NCBI GenBank assembly: GCA_963663965.2
Contig: CAXXFK010000029.1
Span: forward strand, 1 to 64,000
Length of the DNA stretch: 64,000 nt
DNA from: Sedimentisphaerales bacterium
Lineage (GTDB): Bacteria; Planctomycetota; Phycisphaerae; Sedimentisphaerales; SM23-30
Reading direction: 5' to 3'
A program made the translations under genes and the position numbers. Positions 20,301 to 31,163 of this stretch are shown one piece after another. Every line of letters starts with the position of its first letter. Position 1 is the stretch's first letter. The notes beneath the pieces were generated by a model. That model saw only the letters and a program-made list of their open reading frames with translations. It made no database searches and had not been told where the DNA came from.

Positions 20301-20929
20301 ACAGTGTGGCCCCGGCCCAGGCCAACTATGCCGACGCACTGCCGAGAATTCCTTCGACCCTGACGCCTCCTCCGTGGGGTCAGGAATCGGTCAGTTACCT
20401 GCGGTTTGTGCAGCCGGTTCTGGATCGCTATTGCGGCAAATGTCATCAGGGCAATGGAAAAGCCAGAAAGACTCTCGATCTGACTCTGCGCGGCGACGGT
20501 TTGTTCAAAGAGCCCTATCCGCTGTTGCTGGGACAACCCACCTGGGGGGCGGCTTACCATCCGCCTGTGAATCCACCGGCGGGATTTGGAATCGCCGATA
20601 CAATTCTGGTCGAAGCGTATGACCAGAGAGACCCCAAGGCTTACCAGACTCCGCGCCCGATGACCCGGCTCTCTTACAAAAGCCGACTAATAGAAATTGC
20701 CTCCAGCGGTACACATCACAAAGTCAAAGTGGATGAAGTCAGCCGGCTTCGCCTGATCGCATGGGTTGACACCATGGGGCCTTATCGGGGCGATGAGGAG
20801 ATTCGCCAGATCGACGATCCAGACTTTCAGGGGATCGACTGGCTGAGTATCCGCCCCCAGATCAAAAACGCCCCAGTTATCGTCCGCCCCGGCCCGCTGG
20901 ACACCGTATCGCAGGTCGGGTGTCGTTAA
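17318..20929 (+). CDS. Secreted LamG + beta-propeller + HzsA-like middle domain protein with two CxxCH motifs
   Basis: LamG (GHWDFD, WHHAAGTFDG, FQGRLDDLRLW); TolB-like propeller (PDLSFDG, YTRWEYTD); LGTVPIESDGS...QTMRS; CLGCH and CGKCH. Confidence 0.8.
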   Translation: MSFPVSHFKFVVPILVFSQWILTAPSLSAQAVPAATDQIGLLGHWDFDDDTDGFCRDWINRLDGRIVSGVTRVEGVFQSAVELKEAGVIRVTATPALHRLNQFGISVWVRPTELGRFRELFRKEDGDRRLLFSFQENGTILSLGLNITGTGYGELDAPVDPRVLLDGRWHHAAGTFDGRTMRVFLDGLEIATLERPGRLVCGETADAFIGSSSGAGEFFQGRLDDLRLWSVAPDTAVLRELYESGLQMELTKERQSQNLLEQVYREASTFAATLAATRANLLKLGQKAPDALERLIAAKLAGRFDAESREFYRITQRGIGPYLSASDNQWNEQTAGRLLELALEYLPLTDSQWSGLSQSERDQWNETLTLQKRFEQLKARGAEATSDPAWVGTILAAGRSVVERPSRYEAVAPYVKPYTPETRDYTQAEAHILLQRDWLHQADGKITAESVRREIHRAYEVATRIQQGTEKVDLAKELTLLDKLAIPRTQGDEEERYYAVRAIKRRLMLADPAIDFDRVLFIDIPFPAGSEWPHETRHRLGYMAVPGGRLMILKGLGPDGHVTKLMPQEPLHGTFWRPDLSFDGQRVLFSFHPANEKNFHLYEINIDGTGLRQITSGIYDDVDPVYLPDGEHLVFASTRGHNYVRCMPPTNSFTLSRCRLDGQGIYLISRNNEPDYLPALLNDGRVIYTRWEYTDKPLWRAQSLWTMNPDGTRAATYWGNQTVWPDLLKDARQIPGSHRVMFTGSAHHNWFAGSIGIVDMQKGLNFPDGLTKVTAELEWPESGNGPVDPVESPNYYASGRYEAYQNPYPLSPELFLVSASHGGKFVLYLMDIDGNRELIYEGAHHLFHAMPVHARRKPPVIPNMVQWPGPDERFNPAPGIIYSNNVYRNAPTELQGQAKYLRILTVDPKTYSYWYKRPYASTGPVVSMVASEGVKRILGTVPIESDGSVCFEAPSGRALYFQLLDDQQRALQTMRSISGVMPGETRGCLGCHEMHSVAPAQANYADALPRIPSTLTPPPWGQESVSYLRFVQPVLDRYCGKCHQGNGKARKTLDLTLRGDGLFKEPYPLLLGQPTWGAAYHPPVNPPAGFGIADTILVEAYDQRDPKAYQTPRPMTRLSYKSRLIEIASSGTHHKVKVDEVSRLRLIAWVDTMGPYRGDEEIRQIDDPDFQGIDWLSIRPQIKNAPVIVRPGPLDTVSQVGCR

Positions 20930-21237
20930 AATTCTCGCTCGAATAAAGAATCACAAATCGATACTAATATGACAAAATGGCAAGAAAGTGAAAAACAGAC
21001 GGTGGGGGTAAGGCTGGATTGACATTGGAACTTCGGATTTGAGGATAGGTGTTGTAAATTTCAGTTAAATAGGCACTAAAAATATGAAAAAAATATAACA
21101 GCCGATATAACCGCAGAGGAACGCAGCCAAACGCAGAAAATGGTATAAGATATTTTAAATAAAGAAGATAGAAGCACGGAAAACTTGGAATACTCAGGGT
21201 GTTCAATCTGCAATCCAAAGAAGATTTTGAAAAGTGC

Positions 21238-21266
21238 TTGCATACCTACCTGTAGGTATGTATAGT
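21238..21266 (+). promoter_or_regulatory. sigma70 promoter with a TetR-type operator palindrome between -35 and -10
   Basis: TTGCAT-N17-TATAGT; CATACCTAC-CT-GTAGGTATG perfect 9-bp inverted repeat at 21241-21260. Confidence 0.7.
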
Positions 21267-21304
21267 AGGTATAAACCCTATGATGACATGTTGTATAGGT
21301 GAGC

Positions 21305-21408
21305 TATACCCAATGGGTATGAAAATTCCTGATCGCTCGCACGATAAGTTTTTACACGTGTAGAACTTATGCCACGGCCCAGCGGGCTTTTCAATGGTAA
21401 GCAGGATC
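21305..21408 (+). mobile_element. MITE-like repeat, copy 3, in the leader of the TetR gene
   Basis: TATACCCAATGGGTATGAAAATTCCTGATCGCTC...TTTTCAATGGTAAGCAG; ends 2 nt before the ATG at 21411. Confidence 0.8.
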
Positions 21409-21410
21409 AT

Positions 21411-22031
21411 ATGTCTCGAAGAACAAAAGCTGAAGCAGAAGAAACGAGGTTGCGAATTCTTGAAGCGGCGTTGGATGTGTTTTACCGCAAAGGGTATTCG
21501 CGTACCACGTTTGTGGATATTGCGCGGGAAGTGGGCATGACCAAGGGGGCGGTGTATTGGCATTTTAAGAGCAAGCCCGACTTGCTGGCGGCCATGATCG
21601 TTCATGAAAGAGAAAAACATCTGACTCACCCGAAGAAAATCCAACTCAGCTCACTTTCGGAATTACGTAATCTATTGTTGGAAGCGGCCAGGCAGGTTTC
21701 GACCAACAAAGACATCCAGAAGTTTGAGTTTTTCTCACATTTCCAAATCGAATGGTCCGAGGAATTAATGACAAAAGTACATGAAAAGCTCAGTGAGTTG
21801 CGTGATGGTCCCACCAAGAAACTCACCAAGACCTTAGCTTATCTACAGGAGATCGGCGAACTTCACGCGGAGGCGGATCTGGAAAAAATGTCCATGTCAC
21901 TGTTTGCCATGTGGATGGGGGCATTACAATTGCTGTTGCGCAAGCTATGCGATGCGAAACAGTTTCATGCGTTACTGGAACAAAATTTTGACCTGGTGGT
22001 AGGGCAATACGCAACACGCCCCAATCCCTGA
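21411..22031 (+). CDS. TetR/AcrR family transcriptional regulator
   Basis: MSRRTKAEAEETRLRILEAA...DIAREVGMTKGAVYWHFKSK HTH; upstream of an RND operon. Confidence 0.92.
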   Translation: MSRRTKAEAEETRLRILEAALDVFYRKGYSRTTFVDIAREVGMTKGAVYWHFKSKPDLLAAMIVHEREKHLTHPKKIQLSSLSELRNLLLEAARQVSTNKDIQKFEFFSHFQIEWSEELMTKVHEKLSELRDGPTKKLTKTLAYLQEIGELHAEADLEKMSMSLFAMWMGALQLLLRKLCDAKQFHALLEQNFDLVVGQYATRPNP

Positions 22032-22072
22032 GTTGTGCTGACGGCACCGAATTTACGTGAAAGGAAATTCAG

Positions 22073-23380
22073 ATGAAATATATTGCAAATGGTATCCTGT
22101 TGATCCTGGTGCTGGGCCTGGGATTCTGGCTGGGAACATTTATGAAAGCGGGCGGTCCTCCCATGGGAATGCCGCAGATGGGCGCGATGGCGCCGCCGGC
22201 GGTGGTGGCACAGGATATCAAGGAGCGGCCGCTGGATGTGCAGGATGAATATATCGCCTCGGTAGAACCGGTCCAGGAGGTCGCGGTATGCACCGAGGCG
22301 CCCGGTTATATCGAAATGGTTCACTTTACGGAAGGGGCCCATGTCAACGAGGGAGACCTGCTCTTTACCATCGACCAGAGGATATACAAAGCCAGGGTCA
22401 CACTGGCGGAAGCCAGCGTCGATCAGGTGACTTCAAGTCTGCCGGGCGCCCAGGCGACTCTCGAATCGGCCCAGTCGAGTCAGGAATCGGCCCAGGCGAC
22501 GCTTGAATCGGAGCAGGCAAACTACGACCGGGCAGACGCCTTTCTGAAGCGCCTGAAGAACGCGGACACGCGCAGCGTGGTCCAGTCGGATATAGACACG
22601 GCCACGGCGGATATGCTTCAAGCCAAAGCGCGGGTGCAACAGGCCCAAGCGGCCATTCATCAGGCACAGGCCGCCGTCCGGCAGGCCCAAGCACAGATTC
22701 AACAGACCGAAGCGGCCATCAAGCAGGCCGCGGCCGATCTGGCTCTGGCTAAGATCAACCTGGCTTTTACCGAAATCCGGGCGCCCATCTCGGGGCGGAT
22801 TGGCAAGGCGATGATCACCAAGGGCAATTATGTCACTTCGGCGAGCGGCGCCCTGGCCCGTATTGTGCAAACCGATCCAGTCCGCGTGGTCTTCTCTATG
22901 ACTGACCGTTCCTGGCTGGACCTGCGCCGGCAGGCGTTGGCGGGACAGACAAAGGCAATATCCGCCCACGTCAGGCTGCCCAATGGCTCTATTCTCGAAA
23001 CCATCGGCAAGAAGGATTTTGACGATAATGCCATGAACAGCGGCACCGGAACCGTGGCGGTGCGCTATCTTTTCGACAATCCTAACGGATTGCTGGTTTC
23101 CGGAGGCTATGTCAATATCCTGCTCGGCCAGCAGGAACGCCCGCTGGGCATCCGCATTCCGCAACAGGCCGTGCTGGTCGATCAGCAGGGCAGCTATGTA
23201 CTCACCGTTGATGAAGCCGGCAAGGTGGGCACGGCTCGCGTTCAGATCGGCAAATCGATCGAAACCGACTTCGAAGTACTCTCCGGACTCCAGGCCGGAG
23301 ACCGCATCGTAATCGACGGCGTGCAGAAGGCGCAGCCGGGATCAGAAGCCAAAGTCACGCTGCAGGAGGTGGCGCCATGA
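22073..23380 (+). CDS. RND efflux periplasmic adaptor (membrane fusion protein)
   Basis: N-terminal anchor; GDLLFTID; long alpha-hairpin; [22 protein letters not shown]. Confidence 0.92.
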   Translation: MKYIANGILLILVLGLGFWLGTFMKAGGPPMGMPQMGAMAPPAVVAQDIKERPLDVQDEYIASVEPVQEVAVCTEAPGYIEMVHFTEGAHVNEGDLLFTIDQRIYKARVTLAEASVDQVTSSLPGAQATLESAQSSQESAQATLESEQANYDRADAFLKRLKNADTRSVVQSDIDTATADMLQAKARVQQAQAAIHQAQAAVRQAQAQIQQTEAAIKQAAADLALAKINLAFTEIRAPISGRIGKAMITKGNYVTSASGALARIVQTDPVRVVFSMTDRSWLDLRRQALAGQTKAISAHVRLPNGSILETIGKKDFDDNAMNSGTGTVAVRYLFDNPNGLLVSGGYVNILLGQQERPLGIRIPQQAVLVDQQGSYVLTVDEAGKVGTARVQIGKSIETDFEVLSGLQAGDRIVIDGVQKAQPGSEAKVTLQEVAP

Positions 23381-26300
23381 TTTCGCGCGTATTTATCGAA
23401 CGCCCACGCCTGGCGGGTGTGGTTTCCATCGTGCTGACCCTGGCCGGAGTTCTGGCGATCTTTGTGCTGCCGATCGCGCAGTATCCCCAGGTCACCCCAC
23501 CGCAGGTCATGGTAAGCGCCATGTATCCGGGCGCCAGCGCCGAGGTGCTCGCCGCCACGGTTGCCGGTCCGATCGAGGATTCGGTCAACGGCGTGGAGGA
23601 CATGATTTACATGTCATCCACCTGCGACAATATCGGCAACTATTCCCTGTCCATCTCCTTTGCCGTGGGTACGGATGTGGATATGGCGCAGGTCAAGGTG
23701 CAGAACCGCGTAGCCCAGGCCCAGCCGCTGCTGCCCAGCGAGGTGACCCAGCAGGGCGTCACCGTCCAAACCCGGTCGAGTGACATGCTGGCTTTTCTGG
23801 CGCTTCGTTCACCGGATAAAAGCCGTGACAGTCTCTACCTGGGAGACTATGCCACCCGAATCATCAAACCCTCGCTCGAGCGTATCCAGGGTATCAGCAG
23901 CGCACAGATTTTCGGCCCGAAATACAGCATGCGGGTATGGATGGACGCCGACCGTCTGTCAGCCCTGGGCCTGGGTCCGGACGATGTGGCAGCGGCCATC
24001 CGGAAACAGAATATTCAAGCCTCGATCGGTTCGGTCGGATCGGCGCCGGATGATGGCTCTGCCAGGCTGGTCTATACCCTGAAGACCGAAGGACGGCTCA
24101 ATACTCCGGAAGATTTCGAAACGATTATCGTGCGGACCGATGCTGATGGCGCGGTCGTGTATTTAAAGGATGTGGCCCGGGTGGAAAAGGGCGCCAGCAG
24201 CTACATGAACACCGCCAAGTTCAATGGGGCCGACTGTGTTCCCATGGCGGTGTCGCGTACCCCGGGATCCAACGCACTGGACGCCATGGACGCGCTGCGA
24301 GTCGAATTAGACCGCCTGAAAAGCCATTTTCCGGCGGGGGTGGAAATCGTTTTGCCTTACGACGCCACCGGCTATGTGCGCACCAGTATCCGGGAGATCG
24401 TCAGCACGCTGGGTCTGACCTTTCTGCTCGTGGTTATTGTCTGCTATCTTTTCCTGCAGGACTGGCGCGCCACCCTGATCCCGGCGATTACGATTCCGGT
24501 ATCCCTATGCGCGACCTTCATCGTTCTGGCGGCGTTGGGCTACAGCATCAATACCCTGACGCTGTTTGGTCTCGTACTGGCGATCGGTCTGGTGGTGGAC
24601 GATGCCATCGTAGTGGTGGAACGCGTGCTGGTATTGATGGAGAGCGAGGGACTCGATCACAAGACCGCCACGATCAAGGCTATGGGTCAGGTCAGCGGCG
24701 CAATCATCGCAACGACCCTGGTTTTGCTCTCAATTTTTGTGCCGGTCGCCTTTATCGGCAGTATCACCGGGAAAATCTACCAGCAGTTTGCCGTAGCCAT
24801 ATCGGCTGCCGTGCTCTTTTCCACAGTGAACGCATTGACTCTCAGTCCGGCCCTGTGCGCCACGATGCTGAATATAGTCAAGCCGAAACAACACGGTCCG
24901 CTGCGCTGGTTTAACACGGCCCTGCACCGGGTGCGGGGAGGCTACCTTGCCACTGCCATGGGTATCGCGCGCCGGCGGGTGATCACGGCTTTGATACTCA
25001 TGGTCGTCATCGCCGGAACCTACGGACTCTTTTCCAAGAGTTCGACCTCCTTTCTGCCGGATGAGGATCAGGGCGTTATTTTTGGTATGCTGCAATTGCC
25101 CGAAGGCGCGGCGCTGGAACGTACAAAACACATTCTTGATGAAGTTGTGGCGCCGCTCAACAATGAGGATGGCGTCGAATTCGTCATGGTAGTGACCGGT
25201 TTCAGCATGATGGGCGGCTCCGGAGAGAATATGGGATTTTTCCTGTTAGGGTTGCAAAACTGGGCCGAACGTGAGTCGGACGACCTGTCCGTAACCGCTA
25301 TTCAACAACGGCTGCAAGCGCGACTTTCGGCAGTTCCGGGCGGTCAGATCAACCTGTTCACCCCGCCGGCAATCATGGGTCTGGGGATCAGCGGCGGCAT
25401 GGATATCCGTTTGCAGGCCACAGACGATGACGATCCCCAGAAACTGCAAGCCGTGCTGAACAATTTTGTGATGCAATTAAACATGGCCCCGGAGATCATG
25501 TTTGCCTTCAGCGGTTACTCCGCCAGCACGCCTCACCTTTATCTCGAAGTGGACCGCGTCAAGGCAGCGATGATGAAGGTTGAGATCGGCAATGTCTTCG
25601 GTACGCTGCAAAATTATCTGGGCTCCCGTTACGTGAACGATGTCAACTTCGAAGGTCAGGTCAACAAGGCCATTATCCAGGCCGACTGGCTGAACCGCAA
25701 GGATGTCGATTCGCTCGACCAGATTTATGTCAAGAGTAATACCGGCGACATGGTGCCCCTGGGCAGCCTGGTGAAGATTCACACCATCCTTGCGCCGCGC
25801 AGTATCGAACGGTATAACAAATTCTCCTCGGCCAGCATTACGGCGACCGCCCTGCCGTTTATCAGCAGTGGTGACGCCATGGCCAAAGTCTCGCAGATCG
25901 CCAAACAGTCCCTGCCAGATGGTTATACTTTTGACTGGTCGAGCTTGAGTTATCAGGAAGCCAAGGCGTCAGGCGGCACCAATACCCTGCTGCTCATGGC
26001 GCTGATATTCGCCTATCTTTTTCTGGTGGCCCAGTACGAAAGCTGGTCGATTCCGCTGCCGGTTATCCTTTCGACATCGGTCGCCGTACTCGGCGCCCTG
26101 GTCGGGCTGGCCGCGGTACACTTATCGTTAAGTATCTATGCCCAACTCGGCGTGATTCTGCTGGTCGGGCTGGCCAGTAAGAACGCGATACTGATCGTTG
26201 AGTTTTCCAAGACGCGGCGCGAAGACGGCCTTTCCATCCTCGAAGCCGCCGCAGACGGCGCGCACCAGCGTTTCCGGGCGGTATTGATGACCGCCTTTAC

Positions 26301-27855
26301 CTTTATCCTGGGTGTACTGCCCATGGTGTTCGCCTCCGGCGCCGGGGCGGCCAGCCGCCGGGCTATCGGCACGACGGTATTCTTTGGAATGCTGGCGGCC
26401 ACAGTATTCGGGATTATACTGATCCCGGCATTATACGTGCTGTTTCAGACCATTCGGGAGAAGCGATTCCGCCTGCAGCCCGTACCCAGGCAATTGTCGG
26501 TTCTAATGTTTCTGCTGCCGCTGTTTTTAATTGGCTGCAAGTCGGTCGGGCCGGACTATGGGCGACCCGAACTACCCGAAATTCCGGAAGCCCGGACTGA
26601 CACGGTGGATGTAGCCGAATGGTGGAATCAGTTTCATGATCCGGCGCTGACAGATATGGTGCAGCGGGCGTTGGAGAACAACCACGATCTCAAGACATCG
26701 GTGGCACGGGTGCGCCAGGCCCGCGCCCAGTTGACTCGAACACAGGCGGCTTTGGGCCCGGGTATCGATCTGACCGGCAGTGTCAATCGCTCGAGATCCT
26801 CGGGGAACGCCATGATGAACACGGGCTATACCACCCTGTATAACACGGGTTTTGACGTTGCCTGGGAAATCGATGTCTTTGGCGGAACCCGCCGGGCTAT
26901 CGAAGCGGCTGCGGCTGACTGGAAAGCCATGCAGATCAAACTGGGTGATGTCCAGGTTAGTGTGGCCGCAGAAACCGCGATTGCCTATCTGAATGTCCGC
27001 ACCTACGAACATCGTCTGGTCGTGGCCCACACCAACCTCAAAACCCAACAGGAAACCTGCGACATCCTTGCGGACAGGCTGAAAACCGGCCTGAGTAACG
27101 AGTTAGCCGTACAACAGGCACGCTATGTCCTTGAGAGTACCCGGGCGGCGATTCCCAGCCTTGAAGCCGGGTTGGAGACCGCCCGGAATGCCCTCTCGGT
27201 CTTGGCAGGCGAGATGCCGGGCACCCTGCACATTCCGGATATCGATCACATCCCGCAAACCGATCTGGTCCTTGAAGGCATTCCTGCCGATCTGCTGCGT
27301 CGCCGCCCGGATGTCCAGCGGGCTGAACGCGAGTTTGCCGCCCAGACGGCTCGTATTGGCGTGGCCGTCGCCGATCTCTATCCCCGTTTTACATTAACCG
27401 GTTCGATCGGGCTGGAGTCACTCAAGGCCTCCGATTGGTTTGATTCCGACAGCAGAACCTACCGCGGGATACCCGGTCTAAGATGGCCGATCTTCCATTC
27501 CGGTTCGATCCGAAGCAATATCAAGATTCAGGAAGCCGTCCAGGAACAGTATCTTCAGGCCTACGAACTCGCCGTCCTGAGCGCCGTGGAAGAGGTGCGG
27601 AATACTTTGATGGCCTATCGCAAGGAGCAGGAGCGGCGTGCCTCCTTGAAACTGGCCATTCAAGCAGCCCAGTCAGCCGAATCCATAGCCCTCGACCGAT
27701 ATCGCAACGGACTCACCGACTTCAACAATGTTCTCGACGCCCAGCGTTCCCTGCTTGGTCTTCAGGAACAACTCGTCATCAGTGAAGGGACCGTCAGCCA
27801 AAACGCCGTACGCCTCTACAAGGCCCTGGGCGGCGGTTGGCAACCAATGGAATAG
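23377..27855 (+). CDS. HAE1 (AcrB-like) RND permease fused in frame to a NodT/OprM-type outer-membrane factor
   Basis: [21 protein letters not shown] and RFRAVLMT motifs; then lipobox FLIG-C (C1054) and OMF motifs [15 protein letters not shown] and LYKALGGGW. Confidence 0.9.
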   Translation: MISRVFIERPRLAGVVSIVLTLAGVLAIFVLPIAQYPQVTPPQVMVSAMYPGASAEVLAATVAGPIEDSVNGVEDMIYMSSTCDNIGNYSLSISFAVGTDVDMAQVKVQNRVAQAQPLLPSEVTQQGVTVQTRSSDMLAFLALRSPDKSRDSLYLGDYATRIIKPSLERIQGISSAQIFGPKYSMRVWMDADRLSALGLGPDDVAAAIRKQNIQASIGSVGSAPDDGSARLVYTLKTEGRLNTPEDFETIIVRTDADGAVVYLKDVARVEKGASSYMNTAKFNGADCVPMAVSRTPGSNALDAMDALRVELDRLKSHFPAGVEIVLPYDATGYVRTSIREIVSTLGLTFLLVVIVCYLFLQDWRATLIPAITIPVSLCATFIVLAALGYSINTLTLFGLVLAIGLVVDDAIVVVERVLVLMESEGLDHKTATIKAMGQVSGAIIATTLVLLSIFVPVAFIGSITGKIYQQFAVAISAAVLFSTVNALTLSPALCATMLNIVKPKQHGPLRWFNTALHRVRGGYLATAMGIARRRVITALILMVVIAGTYGLFSKSSTSFLPDEDQGVIFGMLQLPEGAALERTKHILDEVVAPLNNEDGVEFVMVVTGFSMMGGSGENMGFFLLGLQNWAERESDDLSVTAIQQRLQARLSAVPGGQINLFTPPAIMGLGISGGMDIRLQATDDDDPQKLQAVLNNFVMQLNMAPEIMFAFSGYSASTPHLYLEVDRVKAAMMKVEIGNVFGTLQNYLGSRYVNDVNFEGQVNKAIIQADWLNRKDVDSLDQIYVKSNTGDMVPLGSLVKIHTILAPRSIERYNKFSSASITATALPFISSGDAMAKVSQIAKQSLPDGYTFDWSSLSYQEAKASGGTNTLLLMALIFAYLFLVAQYESWSIPLPVILSTSVAVLGALVGLAAVHLSLSIYAQLGVILLVGLASKNAILIVEFSKTRREDGLSILEAAADGAHQRFRAVLMTAFTFILGVLPMVFASGAGAASRRAIGTTVFFGMLAATVFGIILIPALYVLFQTIREKRFRLQPVPRQLSVLMFLLPLFLIGCKSVGPDYGRPELPEIPEARTDTVDVAEWWNQFHDPALTDMVQRALENNHDLKTSVARVRQARAQLTRTQAALGPGIDLTGSVNRSRSSGNAMMNTGYTTLYNTGFDVAWEIDVFGGTRRAIEAAAADWKAMQIKLGDVQVSVAAETAIAYLNVRTYEHRLVVAHTNLKTQQETCDILADRLKTGLSNELAVQQARYVLESTRAAIPSLEAGLETARNALSVLAGEMPGTLHIPDIDHIPQTDLVLEGIPADLLRRRPDVQRAEREFAAQTARIGVAVADLYPRFTLTGSIGLESLKASDWFDSDSRTYRGIPGLRWPIFHSGSIRSNIKIQEAVQEQYLQAYELAVLSAVEEVRNTLMAYRKEQERRASLKLAIQAAQSAESIALDRYRNGLTDFNNVLDAQRSLLGLQEQLVISEGTVSQNAVRLYKALGGGWQPME

Positions 27856-27942
27856 CGTCTGATGGCTGGAAAGAATATTTCAATATTTAAGGTGTCAGTA
27901 AAATGATATTCACTGGGTAATATATAAGCCCGCGCAAAGGAG

Positions 27943-27984
27943 AAAGGCCTTGCTTTTATCGAGGATAAAAGCAAGGCCTTTTTT
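27943..27984. terminator. Bidirectional intrinsic terminator between convergent genes
   Basis: AAAGGCCTTGCTTTTATC-GAG-GATAAAAGCAAGGCCTTT perfect 18-bp stem plus T run. Confidence 0.8.
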
Positions 27985-28029
27985 ATGTGAATCGTCAGTC
28001 AGGATAACCTGATTGACGGGTGGGGTGGA

Positions 28030-28716
28030 TTACTGGGCGATTCTTTTTTTTCTTAATCCGGCCAGGGCGCCAATTGCGAGCAGGCCAAAGGTGGCGGGTT
28101 CGGGAACAATTTCCATACGGCCAGAGTCGACATATCCGGGATGGGTTGCCCCATCGTTGCCGATGAGGGAGGCATCGCTGTAGAGCACCTGGGATAAGAG
28201 CCAGCGTGTTCCGACCGGAATCGATCCACCGGTTGTGATCAGTTCCCAACTGGCGGGATTGGTGTCGAGTGTCATGGTATTGCCAATAAAGCTGGTCAGC
28301 GAGCCATAGTTACTGGCAGTAAAGAAAGACACATAAACGCCGCCCAGCGCGGCCGGCAAACCGGTATCGACATTAAACAGGGCACTCATATTGATTGTCG
28401 CGCCGCCGCTGTCGATCACACCGGCATAAGCCGTTACATCGGTCACCTGCATACCCTGGGTGGTGCCGGCCTGGCCGTCATCGACCATGCGGAGCATCAG
28501 GCTGCCCTGGGCCGGAGTCACACCGCCATCCACGCCGGTAATCGTCGCCGCTTCGACGCCCCAGACGCCCTGATAAGTCACAAAGGCGCCCAGCACATTG
28601 GCGGCGGTGTCAAGGGGATTGGACTCATAGCCCGGATCCACCAGCAGATTCGCACCGGCTGATAGTGTTAAGATTGACACAATAACAATCGTACTAACTA
28701 TAATTAACTTTTTCAT
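28030..28716 (-). CDS. PEP-CTERM sorting-domain surface protein
   Basis: Signal peptide; C-terminal VPEPATFGLLAIGALAGLRKKR. Confidence 0.9.
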   Translation of the reverse strand: MKKLIIVSTIVIVSILTLSAGANLLVDPGYESNPLDTAANVLGAFVTYQGVWGVEAATITGVDGGVTPAQGSLMLRMVDDGQAGTTQGMQVTDVTAYAGVIDSGGATINMSALFNVDTGLPAALGGVYVSFFTASNYGSLTSFIGNTMTLDTNPASWELITTGGSIPVGTRWLLSQVLYSDASLIGNDGATHPGYVDSGRMEIVPEPATFGLLAIGALAGLRKKRIAQ

Positions 28717-29348
28717 TTTGATTTATCCTTATAAATTGAAATATTTTTTTCAGACAACATAAACCAATCTCACGATATACTGACTTCAGGTTATTCGTAC
28801 GTTTCATTATGAACCACCTTTCACTGGATCATATTTCTTCGAACTATTGGCATGACCTGTTGAGAGTTGAAAATAAAGTCGTCAATTATTGATCTGACGT
28901 CTTTCATCAAACATTCTGTTTTGGACATCTGGCTTGCTCAACAATCATGTCTTTCCACAAGCCGTTAGAATTATAGTCGGTCAAGTGAAAAAAATGTGAG
29001 GAACCGATCCATGATCAATAACAGCGTGATTGAATCATGCGTTAACTTGAATCAATCATTCAGGTTACAGACAGGATCCGGAGGAATGAAAAATCAGATA
29101 TCATGAGGTATAATTGTTACCGAATCAGGCCGGGGCATTACAAACTCCGGCCAGAAGTGGTTGGTGGCCAATGCACTGTGGGAAATTTTCCCTGCGGTCT
29201 AGAACCTCAGGTGCTTGTGGGGTTAAGGAGGGGGATGTCCTGGTCTGATAAATAAGTTGTCAGATATGGTCTGAGTGATATAATCCGGGGGAATTCATAA
29301 TATAAACCAATAATTAGCTGGTCCGATGGACCAGGGAAAGGGGGTTGT

Positions 29349-30107
29349 ATGTCGAACTTTCCAAATATGCGCCGCGAAATGCGGTATGGTATCCCGGCCG
29401 CGGATCAGGTCATATTTAACCGGGAATATTCGATCGGGTATTCGTATTACTTCCGGCAGGCTAAATGGGCATTGGAAATTGTTGACAAAGATAATAAAGT
29501 GTCCCTGAGCCCGAATGATGTTGTTGGTCGGCAGGAGACGTTCCGGCCGGATTACCGGGTGCCGGAAATGTTTCGCGCGGATAATGTCGACTATGTTAAT
29601 TCTGGTTATGATCGGGGGCATCTGATCTGCAGTGCGGATAAAAGGGATTATGTTCTGGAAAACAGTGAGACGTTTCTCCTGTCGAATATGGCGCCGCAGA
29701 CGAAGACGCTGAATCGTCAGAAGTGGCGACAACTGGAAGAGTTGATCCGTGCCTATGATCAGAGAGAAGATGTCTATGAGACGTTAGTGATCTGCGGGCC
29801 GATTTTTCATTTTGACAAGGAAGTCAAAACCATCGGATCCAAAGATTCCAATGGGGTTACCCTGCCGATCCCGCATGCCTTTTTCAAATCGGTTCTGTCG
29901 GAAGACAGTAAAGGGAAGTTGAATCTCTGGTCTTTTATCATGCCCAATCAGGAAGATGAGATAACCGGGTTATTGCAAGACTATCTGGCGCCGACCACCA
30001 AAGTCGAGAAGTATTCCGGCCTGTTTTTATGGGAGGAGCTTAAGGGAACAAAAATGAAAAATTTAAAGTCGACGGTTAAGAAAGCCGAATGGCTGAAGAA
30101 TAAATAG
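29349..30107 (+). CDS. DNA/RNA non-specific endonuclease (NucA/EndoG-like)
   Basis: SGYDRGHL active site; ETFLLSNMAPQ; LNRQKWRQLE; IPHAFFK. Confidence 0.9.
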   Translation: MSNFPNMRREMRYGIPAADQVIFNREYSIGYSYYFRQAKWALEIVDKDNKVSLSPNDVVGRQETFRPDYRVPEMFRADNVDYVNSGYDRGHLICSADKRDYVLENSETFLLSNMAPQTKTLNRQKWRQLEELIRAYDQREDVYETLVICGPIFHFDKEVKTIGSKDSNGVTLPIPHAFFKSVLSEDSKGKLNLWSFIMPNQEDEITGLLQDYLAPTTKVEKYSGLFLWEELKGTKMKNLKSTVKKAEWLKNK

Positions 30108-30209
30108 CGATACAACGAGATCAACCATATCAGGTCGCTATGTTGTTGTCTCAGCGGTGAGACTGGCGAAGTCTTTGGCTTTTGAATGCATGGTCCAGTC
30201 AGGCGCAAT

Positions 30210-30240
30210 AAAAAAGGTTGGAATCCAACGATTCCAACCT
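30210..30240 (-). terminator. Intrinsic terminator of the 30277-30990 gene
   Basis: AGGTTGGAATC-CAAC-GATTCCAACCT stem with an A run on the + side. Confidence 0.7.
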
Positions 30241-30276
30241 GTCCAAATTGATTTATTGATTCTACTTGATGAAATG

Positions 30277-30990
30277 TTATTTCATATTGCGACGCCGGAT
30301 CCAGCCTACGATAGCAGTTCCAAGACTAGTGAGAATTATGGCGCCGGGGGCGGGAACCGTACCTTCACCGATAAAACACTGATAGGTATCACTGACATAA
30401 GCCCTTAAAGCGATTGGATTACTAATTTGCCCATCAAGTGCATCCAACCAACTTTGTGCTAAATTAATTGCATTGGTGAGAGTCACACTGCTGTTATCGT
30501 TGGTGACCCAAAAACCATTGCCACCGGTTAAATTATAGGGAGCACCTTTTTCTTCATGAACGATTTCCCAGATGGCCAATTGGAAAGCACCAGCAGTAAG
30601 GCCATTGTTTACACTAGCAATATTTTCGCTCCATAATTCGCTGATTGCCTGGGCTTTTGCTAAATTCATTGGGAAAACGTCATTTGCCACATTATCATCA
30701 GGACGAGGAGCGTCTCTCACGGCGGCTAATTCATAAGGAACGGCAGAAGTTGTTGCATTTTGTTTTAAATCAATACAGAAAACTTTCTCAAGACCGCTAT
30801 TAACTAAAGCAGAGTACATACCCGCCGTGCCAGAATAATCTCGCGAAAACGCGGGATTTGAGCTGACAAAATGGACAGTACTAGAGTTTATACCATAAAT
30901 AGTACCCTGATAGTCGAACATGACTGTGGGATTTGCCAAAAGAGGGCTTGCTATTGCGATAGCAATTACAATAAATAATAGTTTTTTCAT
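30277..30990 (-). CDS. PEP-CTERM-type (VPAP variant) surface protein
   Basis: Signal peptide; FCID and AFQLAIWEI motifs; C-terminal VPAPGAIILTSLGTAIVGWIRRR. Confidence 0.85.
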   Translation of the reverse strand: MKKLLFIVIAIAIASPLLANPTVMFDYQGTIYGINSSTVHFVSSNPAFSRDYSGTAGMYSALVNSGLEKVFCIDLKQNATTSAVPYELAAVRDAPRPDDNVANDVFPMNLAKAQAISELWSENIASVNNGLTAGAFQLAIWEIVHEEKGAPYNLTGGNGFWVTNDNSSVTLTNAINLAQSWLDALDGQISNPIALRAYVSDTYQCFIGEGTVPAPGAIILTSLGTAIVGWIRRRNMK

Positions 30991-31147
30991 TTCAAAATCC
31001 TTTCAAAATTAAAATTTTCCTAAATCCAGTGCCACCTCAGCACCGATCAACGTCTTGGTTATATTGTTAAGCTGGCTAATCGCTGAGTTTCACCAGATTA
31101 TTTTTCTGTACCAGTTCTGTAAAAACAGAACCTGACCTGGGATAAGA

Positions 31148-31163
31148 TGCAAGATCCGTACCA
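31148..31163 (-). promoter_or_regulatory. sigma54 (-24/-12) promoter for the VPAP gene
   Basis: Minus strand TGGTAC-GGATC-TTGCA; IHF-like TAACTTGTTTGAAAT at ~31201; sigma54 control of PEP-CTERM genes is established. Confidence 0.65.

Noticed and set aside
19424..20560. Long antisense ORFs (also 39284-40087, 42794-43744, 44462-45373, 53361-54258, 55263-56075)
   Set aside because: Shadow frames of GC-rich genes with no recognisable motifs.
30339..30363. TGGCGCCGGGGGCGGGAACCGTACC resembles the reverse of a tRNA 3' end
   Set aside because: It is the antisense of the VPAPGA sorting motif codons; no cloverleaf.
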